Source: a virus. From it: 64,000 nt of DNA. The position numbers and the translations under genes are program-made. The notes under the pieces were generated by a model that made no database searches, was not told the DNA's origin, and saw only the letters and a list, made by a program, of their open reading frames with translations. Of the stretch, positions 20,208-29,105 are shown in pieces (the first letter of the stretch is position 1; the number at the start of each line of letters is the position of its first letter). The stretch spans positions 32,001-96,000 of the IMG/VR virus record IMGVR_UViG_3300037461_000951. One strand, given 5' to 3'.

Positions 20208-20280
20208 TGCTGTGGGGTAGTATTGCTTCACATCATGCTTAATTCTCCGTAAAGCCCGAATTGCAAGATTCGGGTTTTTT
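20208..20280 (+). ncRNA. Putative ~70-nt small RNA
   Basis: Lies between the promoter above and terminator GCCCGAAT-TGCAAG-ATTCGGGT-TTTTT. It has a 5' hairpin UGUGGGGUAG/UUGCUUCACA and an unpaired UCAUGCUUAAUUCUCCGU; no credible ORF. Confidence 0.6.
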
Positions 20281-20404
20281 AATCTTGTTTAAAATGTTTC
20301 CATACATTTTTCCAAAAAAGATCTAAAGAGTTACAATGCGTCCAATAATCATCTTCGTAGCTCACATTCCAAAAAACCCAAAGCCAGTGAATGTAAAATT
20401 TCAT
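20279..20404 (-). CDS. 41-aa Trp-rich peptide
   Basis: Below the ORF-track cutoff: MKFYIHWLWVFWNVSYEDDYWTHCNSLDLFWKNVWKHFKQD, with GGAGAG RBS; ends at the bidirectional terminator. Confidence 0.45.
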   Translation of the reverse strand: MKFYIHWLWVFWNVSYEDDYWTHCNSLDLFWKNVWKHFKQD

Positions 20405-20421
20405 AGTAAACTCTCCAACGG

Positions 20422-20459
20422 TTACTGGATAGTATAAATATATTTATACTATCCAGTAA
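20422..20459. repeat. Perfect 38-bp palindrome
   Basis: TTACTGGATAGTATAAATA|TATTTATACTATCCAGTAA. Confidence 0.9.
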
Positions 20460-20463
20460 AATT

Positions 20464-21045
20464 TTAAAATCTGGTTGTTAAAATATCTATCAACCAGTAT
20501 TTATCGATCTTACTGAGATCGATATAATGTATGGACTCTTTTAAAAAATCTTGTATGTTTTTGGGTTGAATACGGTAATATGCAACACGTGTTTCATCAT
20601 TACCCCCTTCTTTGGCAGCTTTTAAGAACTTTAAACGAATCCAGCGTTGAACAGTTCGGGGGTCTACATTTAAGATGTGTGCTAATCCCTCTGCGGTATA
20701 GCCCACAATCGTTTCATCGCGTTCCACTTTCATTCGCCAACCATCTCGAAAACGGAACCCATCAACGGCATCGGGTGTTCGACGGTATCCAGCTCTACGA
20801 AGAGCACGGCTGGCTTCTTCATGCGTTAGGTGGGGCATTTTACGTAGTAAAATAATTTCTGGTGCCGTCCATCGACGGACGGGGTTTTTATTGGAGATGG
20901 GTTTTAGACCCAGTTGTCTAGCTCTTTTTGTTAGTTTATCAGTTCTGCATTGCCAAATTTGGGCTTGTGTCGAGATGGCACCCAAGATATAAGGTGGGGT
21001 ATACAATTCCACAATGCGGGCATCCATCTCGGGAGTAAAATTCAT
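20464..21045 (-). CDS. Multi-HTH DNA-binding protein (MerR/Xis-like C-terminal HTH)
   Basis: YTAEGLAHILNVDPRTVQRWIRLKFLKA; WTAPE Myb-like segment. Start moved to MNFTPE because the upstream MFHVKQ is the translation of a parS-like site. Confidence 0.65.
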   Translation of the reverse strand: MNFTPEMDARIVELYTPPYILGAISTQAQIWQCRTDKLTKRARQLGLKPISNKNPVRRWTAPEIILLRKMPHLTHEEASRALRRAGYRRTPDAVDGFRFRDGWRMKVERDETIVGYTAEGLAHILNVDPRTVQRWIRLKFLKAAKEGGNDETRVAYYRIQPKNIQDFLKESIHYIDLSKIDKYWLIDILTTRF

Positions 21046-21061
21046 GGCGTGTTTCCAAGTT

Positions 21062-21077
21062 TGTTTGACATGAAACA
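21062..21077. promoter_or_regulatory. parS-like site
   Basis: TGTTTGACATGAAACA, 14/16 match to TGTTTCACGTGAAACA. Confidence 0.55.
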
Positions 21078-22874
21078 TCATTCGTGTTCCGTTAAATGGA
21101 CTCTTATTAAATTTCTGGCACTAGCGATAATCTTTTTAACGTTTTTCTCACCGATTACTCGTTGAATTTTATCGGGATTACGAATAACATCTTGCCATGT
21201 GGTGATTCCCATGGCGGCTAGTTTTTTAGCTCTGACACCACCAATGCCCGGAAGTTGGACTAAAGCACACAATTCGGCACTCACTCCATATCTTAAACGA
21301 ATGGGAAGTATTTTGAGCATGTCGGGAATGCCCATCTTTGCAATGCCCATAATCCATGAGATCGCACCGACAATTCTTTCAGCGTCACTTTGTAAAGGTC
21401 GGGATTGCGGAGTTGCTTTATCTCCGCATAATAAATCATGAACATCTCGACTGAGCGTGGATTGTTTTAAATACGGTCCATTTCTCCACACTTGACGAAG
21501 CGCATTGAAATATGTTTGGACGGTCGCTTCTTCACTGCGGGGAATATACGGGAGTTGCATGGAAGGTGCTGATAATCCATACGCGATGCAAAGATCGTTC
21601 TTCCATAAATTTTGGCGTTCAATATGCGAGAAACATTGCCACCAGTGGTGGACATCTTCGGGATGAAAATATAAAGTGGCGGCAACGGTTCCCAAAGCGG
21701 TAATGCTAAAGGTATTGTCGGGATTGATGACAATGGCTTTCCAGTTTTGGAGTGCGTTTAACACCTCATCAATGTGTTGCTTTTCCAGTGGACTTTGGAT
21801 ACTGGCTAAGGTACGGTGATACCATGTGTACATCGTATCATAATCTTTGATGACTTTATTTTTGATCTCCGCACACAAATGAAAAGCCAGTGCATACGTA
21901 TCCAATAAGGTGGAGGTGACATTGCGGGGATGGGCAACTTTTTCCTTCCATTCGGGAATATTGTCGCAAATTAAGAACACATTGCCATAAGGTGCTTTTC
22001 CAAATCTTCCAGCACGACCGGCTTCTTGAACAATGTCTAGTTCATCCACGGGTTGAATACCTCGTGCAACGCCTACTATAATTGCGTTCTGCGCAGAAGT
22101 GTTACATCCCCATGCGAGGGCTGAGGTGCTAATTAATGCGGCGATGCGATCATTATTTTCTGATTCAAATCTTTTTAATAAGTCATGACGAGTTTCAGTA
22201 TCTAAATCGGCATTATAAAATTCACAAGCAATACCTAAATCTTTTAAAATAGCATCAATTCTTCGTCCCGTGTTTTTATCGTGAACAAATACGAGTGTAG
22301 ATTCATTTTGATGCTCTTGCACAATTTCGATGGCTTTACGAATTTTATCATCTTGATTTTCCCAATATGAACCGAAGGCGTTATGGGGAATAAAATTCCA
22401 GCGAAGTTCAGTAGGTCGCCATGTGGAGTTAATAATTTCCGAAGGTTTTTTATTGAGGGTGGTGAGCCATTGTGCAAATTCTTCACAATTGGGCATGGTG
22501 GCGGACATGAACCACACTTTAGCTTGTGGTGCTATCTCACAAAAACGCATGATGGATGCTTCAATGACATGTCCTCGACCTTCCATGGTCACTCCGTGTG
22601 CTTCATCTACCACGAGTAATTGAACATGTTTGACCCATTGATAGTGTTCACTGTAATGATTACGAGTCACACTATCTAATAATTCCGCAGTCATGATGAG
22701 GATATCAGCCGTTTCCGCTTCCTTCATCATTTCCAAACGGATTTTTTGACTGGTCAGTGTATCTCCAGTCAGTTGTAAAATCTTTTTATCTGGAAAAAGC
22801 TTACTCCAATCTTCGTATTTTTCATTGGAGAGTGCTTTAAGCGGGGCTGAGAAAATAACCTTTGCCATAATCAT
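21078..22874 (-). CDS. Ski2/Hel308-like SF2 helicase, C-terminal part (motifs Ia-VI, winged helix, HhH); lacks Walker A
   Basis: APLKALSNEK, TGD, VVDEAH, MSAT, STSALAWGCN, QEAGRAGR, LVQLPGIGGVRAKKL. Confidence 0.9.
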   Translation of the reverse strand: MIMAKVIFSAPLKALSNEKYEDWSKLFPDKKILQLTGDTLTSQKIRLEMMKEAETADILIMTAELLDSVTRNHYSEHYQWVKHVQLLVVDEAHGVTMEGRGHVIEASIMRFCEIAPQAKVWFMSATMPNCEEFAQWLTTLNKKPSEIINSTWRPTELRWNFIPHNAFGSYWENQDDKIRKAIEIVQEHQNESTLVFVHDKNTGRRIDAILKDLGIACEFYNADLDTETRHDLLKRFESENNDRIAALISTSALAWGCNTSAQNAIIVGVARGIQPVDELDIVQEAGRAGRFGKAPYGNVFLICDNIPEWKEKVAHPRNVTSTLLDTYALAFHLCAEIKNKVIKDYDTMYTWYHRTLASIQSPLEKQHIDEVLNALQNWKAIVINPDNTFSITALGTVAATLYFHPEDVHHWWQCFSHIERQNLWKNDLCIAYGLSAPSMQLPYIPRSEEATVQTYFNALRQVWRNGPYLKQSTLSRDVHDLLCGDKATPQSRPLQSDAERIVGAISWIMGIAKMGIPDMLKILPIRLRYGVSAELCALVQLPGIGGVRAKKLAAMGITTWQDVIRNPDKIQRVIGEKNVKKIIASARNLIRVHLTEHE

Positions 22875-23785
22875 TCACCTTTTTTGTCGATGTAGTACAT
22901 ATTGTTGATGATTTCTTTCAGCTCAAGATTTAAATCTTTTTTCCATTCTATTTGCATGTGACAACTTATGCAAAGAGTTACTAAGTTTTGTGGTTGATTT
23001 AAAACGTTTAAATCTTCACCACTTCGTATTGGAATTAAGTGGTGAACGTGTAAAATTTTTTCTGATTCTTGACACAGTAAACACTGATTGTTATCTCTTT
23101 CTTTTATTTCTTTACTTAATTCAGTCCAAAAAATACCTCTACTTCTTTTTATACTGTCATTCCATCGATAGTGTTCTTCTTTATGTTTTATCCAAGGTAA
23201 TTTTGTAAGATCGTTTCCGTAATTATTTTTGAGCGTTTGTAACGCTTTTTCAGATCTATTTTTTATAAAGATAGGATCTGCATATTTTGCAGACATTATT
23301 GCTGTGTATTTCTCTTTTACTTTTTGATCATGCATTGGATTATTTTCTCCAGTGCGACGTTCATAGTTACCACCAGGTAATCGTTGTGCTTCGTGTCCTT
23401 TTTCAAGGAATTCTTTAAAAAGTTCTGGATTTTTTTCCCACCGTTTTTTAGTTTGTAAGCCACCTAATCTACCGCAAGCAGCCATTTTAGCACGATGCTC
23501 GTCAGTATCTGGCCCCCAAGTAGGTCTGTTTTCTCTACGAGTTTGTACTGCTTTAGCTTTTAATTCTGGTACTTGACTAGCATTGGTAATATTCTCACCA
23601 TATTTACGTTGGAAAGTTAATTTACTCTTTTCAGTAGCTTGAGATCTATCTCGATTTCTTTGAAATTGTTTTAATTTCTCAGTACGCATGTGGTGTCCTC
23701 TTGCGTAAAGAGCATTTGGTTTTTTCACCAGTTGTAAACAACCACAGTGACAAAACGGAATCGATTTTCGAATGACCTTTGCCAT
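22871..23785 (-). CDS. Free-standing HNH homing endonuclease
   Basis: N-terminal CHCGC, KYG-type repeats, C-terminal RDNNQCLLC...HVHHLIP...NLVTLCISCH. Confidence 0.85.
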   Translation of the reverse strand: MAKVIRKSIPFCHCGCLQLVKKPNALYARGHHMRTEKLKQFQRNRDRSQATEKSKLTFQRKYGENITNASQVPELKAKAVQTRRENRPTWGPDTDEHRAKMAACGRLGGLQTKKRWEKNPELFKEFLEKGHEAQRLPGGNYERRTGENNPMHDQKVKEKYTAIMSAKYADPIFIKNRSEKALQTLKNNYGNDLTKLPWIKHKEEHYRWNDSIKRSRGIFWTELSKEIKERDNNQCLLCQESEKILHVHHLIPIRSGEDLNVLNQPQNLVTLCISCHMQIEWKKDLNLELKEIINNMYYIDKKGE

Positions 23786-24712
23786 GTTACGTTTCCATGT
23801 GGGTTTTCCAGTTTAACCACCAGGATATGGTGTGTGGTGATTAGTAAAATCTAAATATTGGTAGATATTTAACCATATTTTTTGAATATTTGTTGAACCG
23901 TCATATTGGTATGGAAAATAGATTGCTTGATCATCTTTTGCAATGAATCGGGGACACGAAGGACTACCAAAACCATCGTCAAATTCTTGATGAAGAATTG
24001 GATGGTTGTTGTTAATGATTTCCGCGTTTATTGGATCATACCATCCGGGCGCTTCATTCTTTTCAACAGCTTGAAAAATTATTACACCTGATGAAAAATC
24101 AAAGTCTAGTTCAGTAAGCCAGTCATAAATAGTAGCCATGTATTAATCCTCATCATCTTCTTCAAATTGATCTTCTTCAAATTGATCTGCTGCCCAAATA
24201 TCTAACACTTCGTTGTTAAAAAATTCAGACATACATTCATATACTCCTGGGATGCTCATAAAACTGTAGTGATCATCTGTTAGATATTTATATACAAGAT
24301 CAGTTAAAATTTCATCAAACTCTTCATTTGTCATTTCACTGTAGTCTACACTATCAGTATCAATGGGTAACATCTGTATGTATTCCAGTGGTTGTGGGTT
24401 GCTAAAGCATGGTCAGTTTAACATATATCAAAGTTATGGTCAAATCGTTTTATTCAGGTATGTGAATATAATAGCGATGACATATTATAGGTTCTGTAAT
24501 GAAAAAGTTTATGTTGATTTTGTTATATATCATGATTGTTTGTGTTCTTATATATGGGGCATATTGGTTGAATAAGAATGGATCTTATTTTTTATGGTAT
24601 GAGGATATGGTAAAAGACACCATTCGTGGAATGGTAAAAGCAGAGGCATTGAAAAATTGATATGTGTTTTATTCAGGTATATCATAGCTCAATCCATCGT
24701 TGGAGTTATCGT

Positions 24713-25484
24713 GATGAAGATACTACATGAGTTGTTAGCGACTGAAAAGAACTTCACTTCGCAAGTGAACAAGTTGCAGTTGGAGACTTTGCAAAAGTTT
24801 GATAAAGATCATTATTTTAAGGGCTATATCAAAACTTTAAAAATGCTTAAAGATGCTCCGAATAACGAAGAATTGGAGCTTGCGGGGAGTGAAAAGAAAG
24901 AATTAGTAACGACGGTTAAGCAGACGTTAGAATATTTGCTGACGTTCTGGATCAATGCTGAAGATTTGCAAGCTACGAAGAATGTGACGAATCAACGAGC
25001 CGTGGCAAATGTGGAGATCAATGGAAAGACTTTGTTGACAAATCTTCCCGTGGATGAGTTGATGGGTTTGGAATCACGGTTGTTAGATTTGCGGAAAGTT
25101 TTTGAAAAAATGCCAACTTTAGATGCGTCAAAGACCTGGATTCCGTCCTCGGTCAGTGATGGGGCTTGGGAGGCGGCAACAGTCGATGTCACAGTTAAAA
25201 CTGAAAAGGTTTTGACTCCAGTAGTGTTGTATGAAGCCACCAAGGAACACCCGGCGCAGGTGAAAGAAGTTTCTAAAGATGAAGTGGTGGGAACGTTTAC
25301 CACGAAACATTTTTCAGGCGCTTCAACCTCGTTGCAAAAAGCGCAGTGTTTAGAGCGTTTGGACGTGTTGTTGGTGGAAATTAAAAGAGCTAGAATGCGG
25401 GCGAATACGGTAGCGATTCAATCCGTTTCTGTGGGTCAGTCGATTGTGGATTTTATTACGTCCGGCACGATAGCTCAGGTATAA
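24713..25484 (+). CDS. Conserved ~256-aa protein of unknown function (recalled as a DUF7873-like family; unverified)
   Basis: LHELLATEK, TKNVTNQRAVANV, LPVDELMGLE, PTLD, EATKEHPAQV, FSGA, RARMRAN. I recall this pattern from bacterial and phage hypothetical proteins. Likely start MKILHE. Confidence 0.65.
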
Positions 25485-25489
25485 TTTGA

Positions 25490-25940
25490 ATGTAGTGCAG
25501 TGTTATCGTTGTAGTGAGTGTTGAGCATCCACCACGGTATGGGTGGCGAAGGCTACATACTTGAAAGTTCGAATCTTTCCTCGCTCACTGAATGTTTGAA
25601 GCTTTCGAATATTCAGTGAGCGAGTGCCGGAATTGGTAGACGGGTGGAAACCGTGTTACGGAATGGATGTGTGTTGGTGGTTATCGTGTTTCACTACATG
25701 CGTTGTTTTAAAGATGTATGAAAGAATCTTGGGTTATTGACTGTGAAAGAGTTGGTTCGACTCCAACACTCCTCGCCCAATGATACTGGGAGTTGAGTAT
25801 CATTCGGGAGGAGTGCGTATGCTGGTTGAGTACATCACAAATGTCGATATTGAAATAACAGCAAGTGAATTTCATGCATGTGACCAATAAGATCACAATG
25901 GGCCGTCAATATTTGGCTATAATGTTGACGGCTTTCTTCT
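25490..25940 (+). ncRNA. Large structured RNA with two circularly permuted tRNA-like modules
   Basis: T-arms GAAAG-UUCGAAU-CUUUC (25563-79) and GUUGG-UUCGACU-CCAAC (25751-67), each followed by a long loop-closed stem and a D-arm-like hairpin. Nested closing helices; terminal hairpin with U-rich tail at 25902-25940. Confidence 0.75.
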
Positions 25941-26222
25941 ATTGACAGTTGATCCTGTATGCGCTATGTTATTCATAAATGTCATACACACTTGAAGATT
26001 AAATCATGACGAAAGATGAGTGGATTGCCAGGCGTCAAGAAAACTCTGAATTTACCTGGGATGAAATTTTAGCATCGGGTTATGATGCCATGCCTTGTTC
26101 TTGTCAATTGAAAGGTTGTTTAGGTTGGAAGTTGCTCAAAGTGCAAAATTCTTTTATTCCAGTCAAGAAAAAAGTGAGTTTGGTCAGTCAAACTCCACCA
26201 GAGGCGGCTTAGGAGATTTTCA

Positions 26223-26700
26223 ATGTTGGTCAGATGTAAAAAATGTGGATGGATACACATGGGGTTATCGATAGGATCAGCCGAAGAATGCATTCGTGAA
26301 TTTAATTCGATGTACGTGCAATTGACCAATGAGCAGCAAGCGGATTATTATAATTCTAATCCTGCACGATTAAAAGATTATCAACACTGTCATCGGTGTA
26401 ATGAAAATTACAAACAGATGGAAGTGATTGCTTTTAATGATGTAAGAGCTGGTAAAATTAGTGGACGAACTTTGCAATCGGTGTTATTACCTAATGAGTG
26501 ACTTAGTTTTGATGCAGTGCATAGAGTGTGGTTGGTTGCATGAAGCGATTTACCCATCATTGGATTTTAAGGATGAGCATAAATATTTACACTGCCATAA
26601 TTGTTATGGGGATTATTTAAATTTTGAACCCGTAAAAGATTTAAGTTTAGTCAATTTGAAGCGGTATAAAGCGGGTGTTAAGATTTTGGTAGATTATTAG
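26223..26700 (+). CDS. Two tandem paralogous Zn-finger small proteins (26223..26501 and ~26494..26700)
   Basis: Both carry CxxCGW.H ... Y.HCHxC...Y. Confidence 0.55.
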
Positions 26701-26718
26701 CTGTTGGTATGGTAGAGT

Positions 26719-26745
26719 AAAAACCCGGATTAAACCGGGTTTTTT
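26719..26745. terminator. Bidirectional terminator between convergent genes
   Basis: AAAAACCCGG-ATTAAA-CCGGGTTTTTT. Confidence 0.75.
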
Positions 26746-28191
26746 AATTATGTATGTTTTTCTTCTTTTGTCATTAAAAAGATAGCTTTTGGATCGGAGT
26801 ATTTTTCTTTTAATTTTAGATTTTTTTCAGGTGAGAGTGTTTTTGTATCAAAGTAAATTTTCTTATCAAGATCAAAGCATTCATTATATATGAAATGGTC
26901 TATCCAATTATTGTAGTCTGTTTCAGAGAAAATGTTAACGTTGATCCGTTTATCGTAACCTACACTGGGAGGTTGGTATATAATGCTTTTTGTTTTAGGT
27001 TTAACGTGATTTCTAGCAAAATATAAATTATTAATTCTTCTACTTAAACTGGATAGAATACCTCCACTTTTAACGAGTTTTTTGTCTAGCATTATTTTTG
27101 TTATTAATGTATAAAAATCAATGATTTCACCGTTATCAATTTTTGTAGTGAGTGTTTTTAATCTTTCAACAATAGAAAAATAAGGTTCTTGATATTTTTC
27201 AAGATCTGTTTTGGGTGGTACTATGGGTTGTTGTGGATCTTCTTTTTTAATGGGAGGTGTGATGGCATGTGTTTCGTTTTTTAATTCTGTGTTGTTAAGG
27301 ATTCTGGTTTTTAGGGGTGTTCTAAATGGAATTCCAGTAGCTTTGAGAGCTTGTTCAAATTGCTCTTGAACATTATTTCGTAATTGAATTTTGTGGGTAT
27401 TCCAGTACACTGTATCGTTGATTGCTACAAATTTTAGATATTGTAAGTAATGAACGACGTGGTCTAATTTGAAATAAAAATCTTCGTTAAAGTCTTGCAT
27501 GTGTCACCTTAATTTATTACAGTTGTTTTAAAATGTAAGAGAGTGCTTCAAACTCTGGGTTAAAGAGTTTGGTGGGAATCACTGCACTGCTGATGAGTAC
27601 AAAAATGATAATGCCAATGATAAGAGTAATACATCCAATTCTTTTCATTTCTGCATCTGTATTTGCTAGTTCTTTATTTTTGGTATGAGGAATTAACTTG
27701 ATAGCGATTAAGATAAAAATAAAGTCAAGAATTAAAATAGTAATTCCTTCAATATAAGCTTGTTTGATAAGAGCAGCCCATAAATATTCTGTAGTGACAT
27801 TGAGTTTTTGGGCTAGTGCTTGTAGCAATTCTAAAGTTTTGTCATTCATTTAAAGTTCTCCAGAAGTTATTCCAAGATTCATTGAATCTGCTGATAAGCA
27901 AAGTGCTTTGTATTGATCATGTTTTTCTTTAGCGATTTTAATTTTATTTAAGTCTCCTGTTTTTTCTGCATTACTGAGTTCTTTAGCGAGTTTGATTAAA
28001 ACTCGAAAATTAGTCACAATTCTAATCATTAAAGTTCTTAAGTAGGTGTTTAAATAGGTTTATATTTTTCTACTTTGTCCACATTACAATGTGGACAATA
28101 ATAATGAATACCTTCGTTGGTTTCGATAAAGTATCTCCATTGATGCTTTCCTGATAATTTACAAAAAAGAATTTTGATGTAGTTATACACA

Positions 28192-29040
28192 TTAATCTCC
28201 ATAAAGAATTTTGGCGATAGCAAGTTCTGCACAGATTGTTTTTCCTGAACTGGTTGCGGTGCCTAAAATTAAATTACAATCTTTATTCCAAACATTGGAA
28301 TGATATACTGTGGTTTGCACATGATTAAATTCTTTAAATGGGTAGCGAATAAAAGGCCACTGTTCGGTGGGAACACACACTTGTTCGGTGTCGATGTCCC
28401 AATTTTTGAAGTTAGAGTTTTTTGGAAAAGTGGTATGAGATTTAATAGCTAATGTTTCAATTTTACGTTCAATCTCGGGTGGTACTGCCGACATTTGGTA
28501 GTTTTGATCTTTAAATGGATTCTCTTTTAATGGATAATTTCTAAAAGCGTTTTCCATTTTATTGAAACCGCTTTTACTGCATTGTCCAAAGATCGAACAA
28601 CCATAAAAAACGGCTCCATCAGATTGACGTGTGCGTTTTACCGTGTGTACCCGATTCTGAACACATTTACAAAAGCGATTTTGTTGTTGCATCAAATCTA
28701 CGACCTTGTTCATGTGATTCACTCGGTCGGTTAAACGCTCTTGTACGGTAGTATCACCTTCTACTCGTAAAATTTTACTTTCTTGATAACAAATTTTACC
28801 GGCAAAGCGATCCCATAAAATGATACGAATAGCATCTTCTCCAACACTTCGAGTGAGTCCTTCTCGTTCTTCAACGGTCGTATAAATATGACATTCTAAT
28901 CCATGGACCGGGTAACGATGGCAAATAACCAATTCTGTGCCACGGGTGGGCGTACTGATATGGTAGTCGTTGGGTCCGAAATAATGGTCAGCCCAAGCAG
29001 TAAAATCTTGTTTGGTTAAAGTAACGAATTCTTTGCTCAT
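28192..29040 (-). CDS. N-terminal part of the split helicase: unknown domain, Zn-ribbon, Q motif and Walker A
   Basis: C-terminus FKEFNHVQ...NLILGTATSSGKTICAELAIAKILYGD*; CKC...VFYGCSIFGQC Zn-ribbon. Confidence 0.85.
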   Translation of the reverse strand: MSKEFVTLTKQDFTAWADHYFGPNDYHISTPTRGTELVICHRYPVHGLECHIYTTVEEREGLTRSVGEDAIRIILWDRFAGKICYQESKILRVEGDTTVQERLTDRVNHMNKVVDLMQQQNRFCKCVQNRVHTVKRTRQSDGAVFYGCSIFGQCSKSGFNKMENAFRNYPLKENPFKDQNYQMSAVPPEIERKIETLAIKSHTTFPKNSNFKNWDIDTEQVCVPTEQWPFIRYPFKEFNHVQTTVYHSNVWNKDCNLILGTATSSGKTICAELAIAKILYGD

Positions 29041-29105
29041 GGTATGTTCATGTGGTGGTGTGGGTAAATGCAGTATAGCATATATTAATATGATAGTGCA
29101 AGTGT

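Noticed and set aside
25563-25833. tRNA-Leu/Ser genes or tRNA pseudogenes
   Set aside because: Pairing the first D-arm with the second T-arm gives no acceptor stem or anticodon arm, whereas each permuted module closes with its own helices.
25708-25896. 62-aa minus-strand ORF
   Set aside because: Antisense to the structured RNA; no RBS or recognisable protein features.
22875-28191. Group I/II intron or split intein joining the helicase halves
   Set aside because: No recognisable intron core or intein terminal residues, and the interval holds many genes on both strands with terminators. Not formally excluded without RT-PCR.
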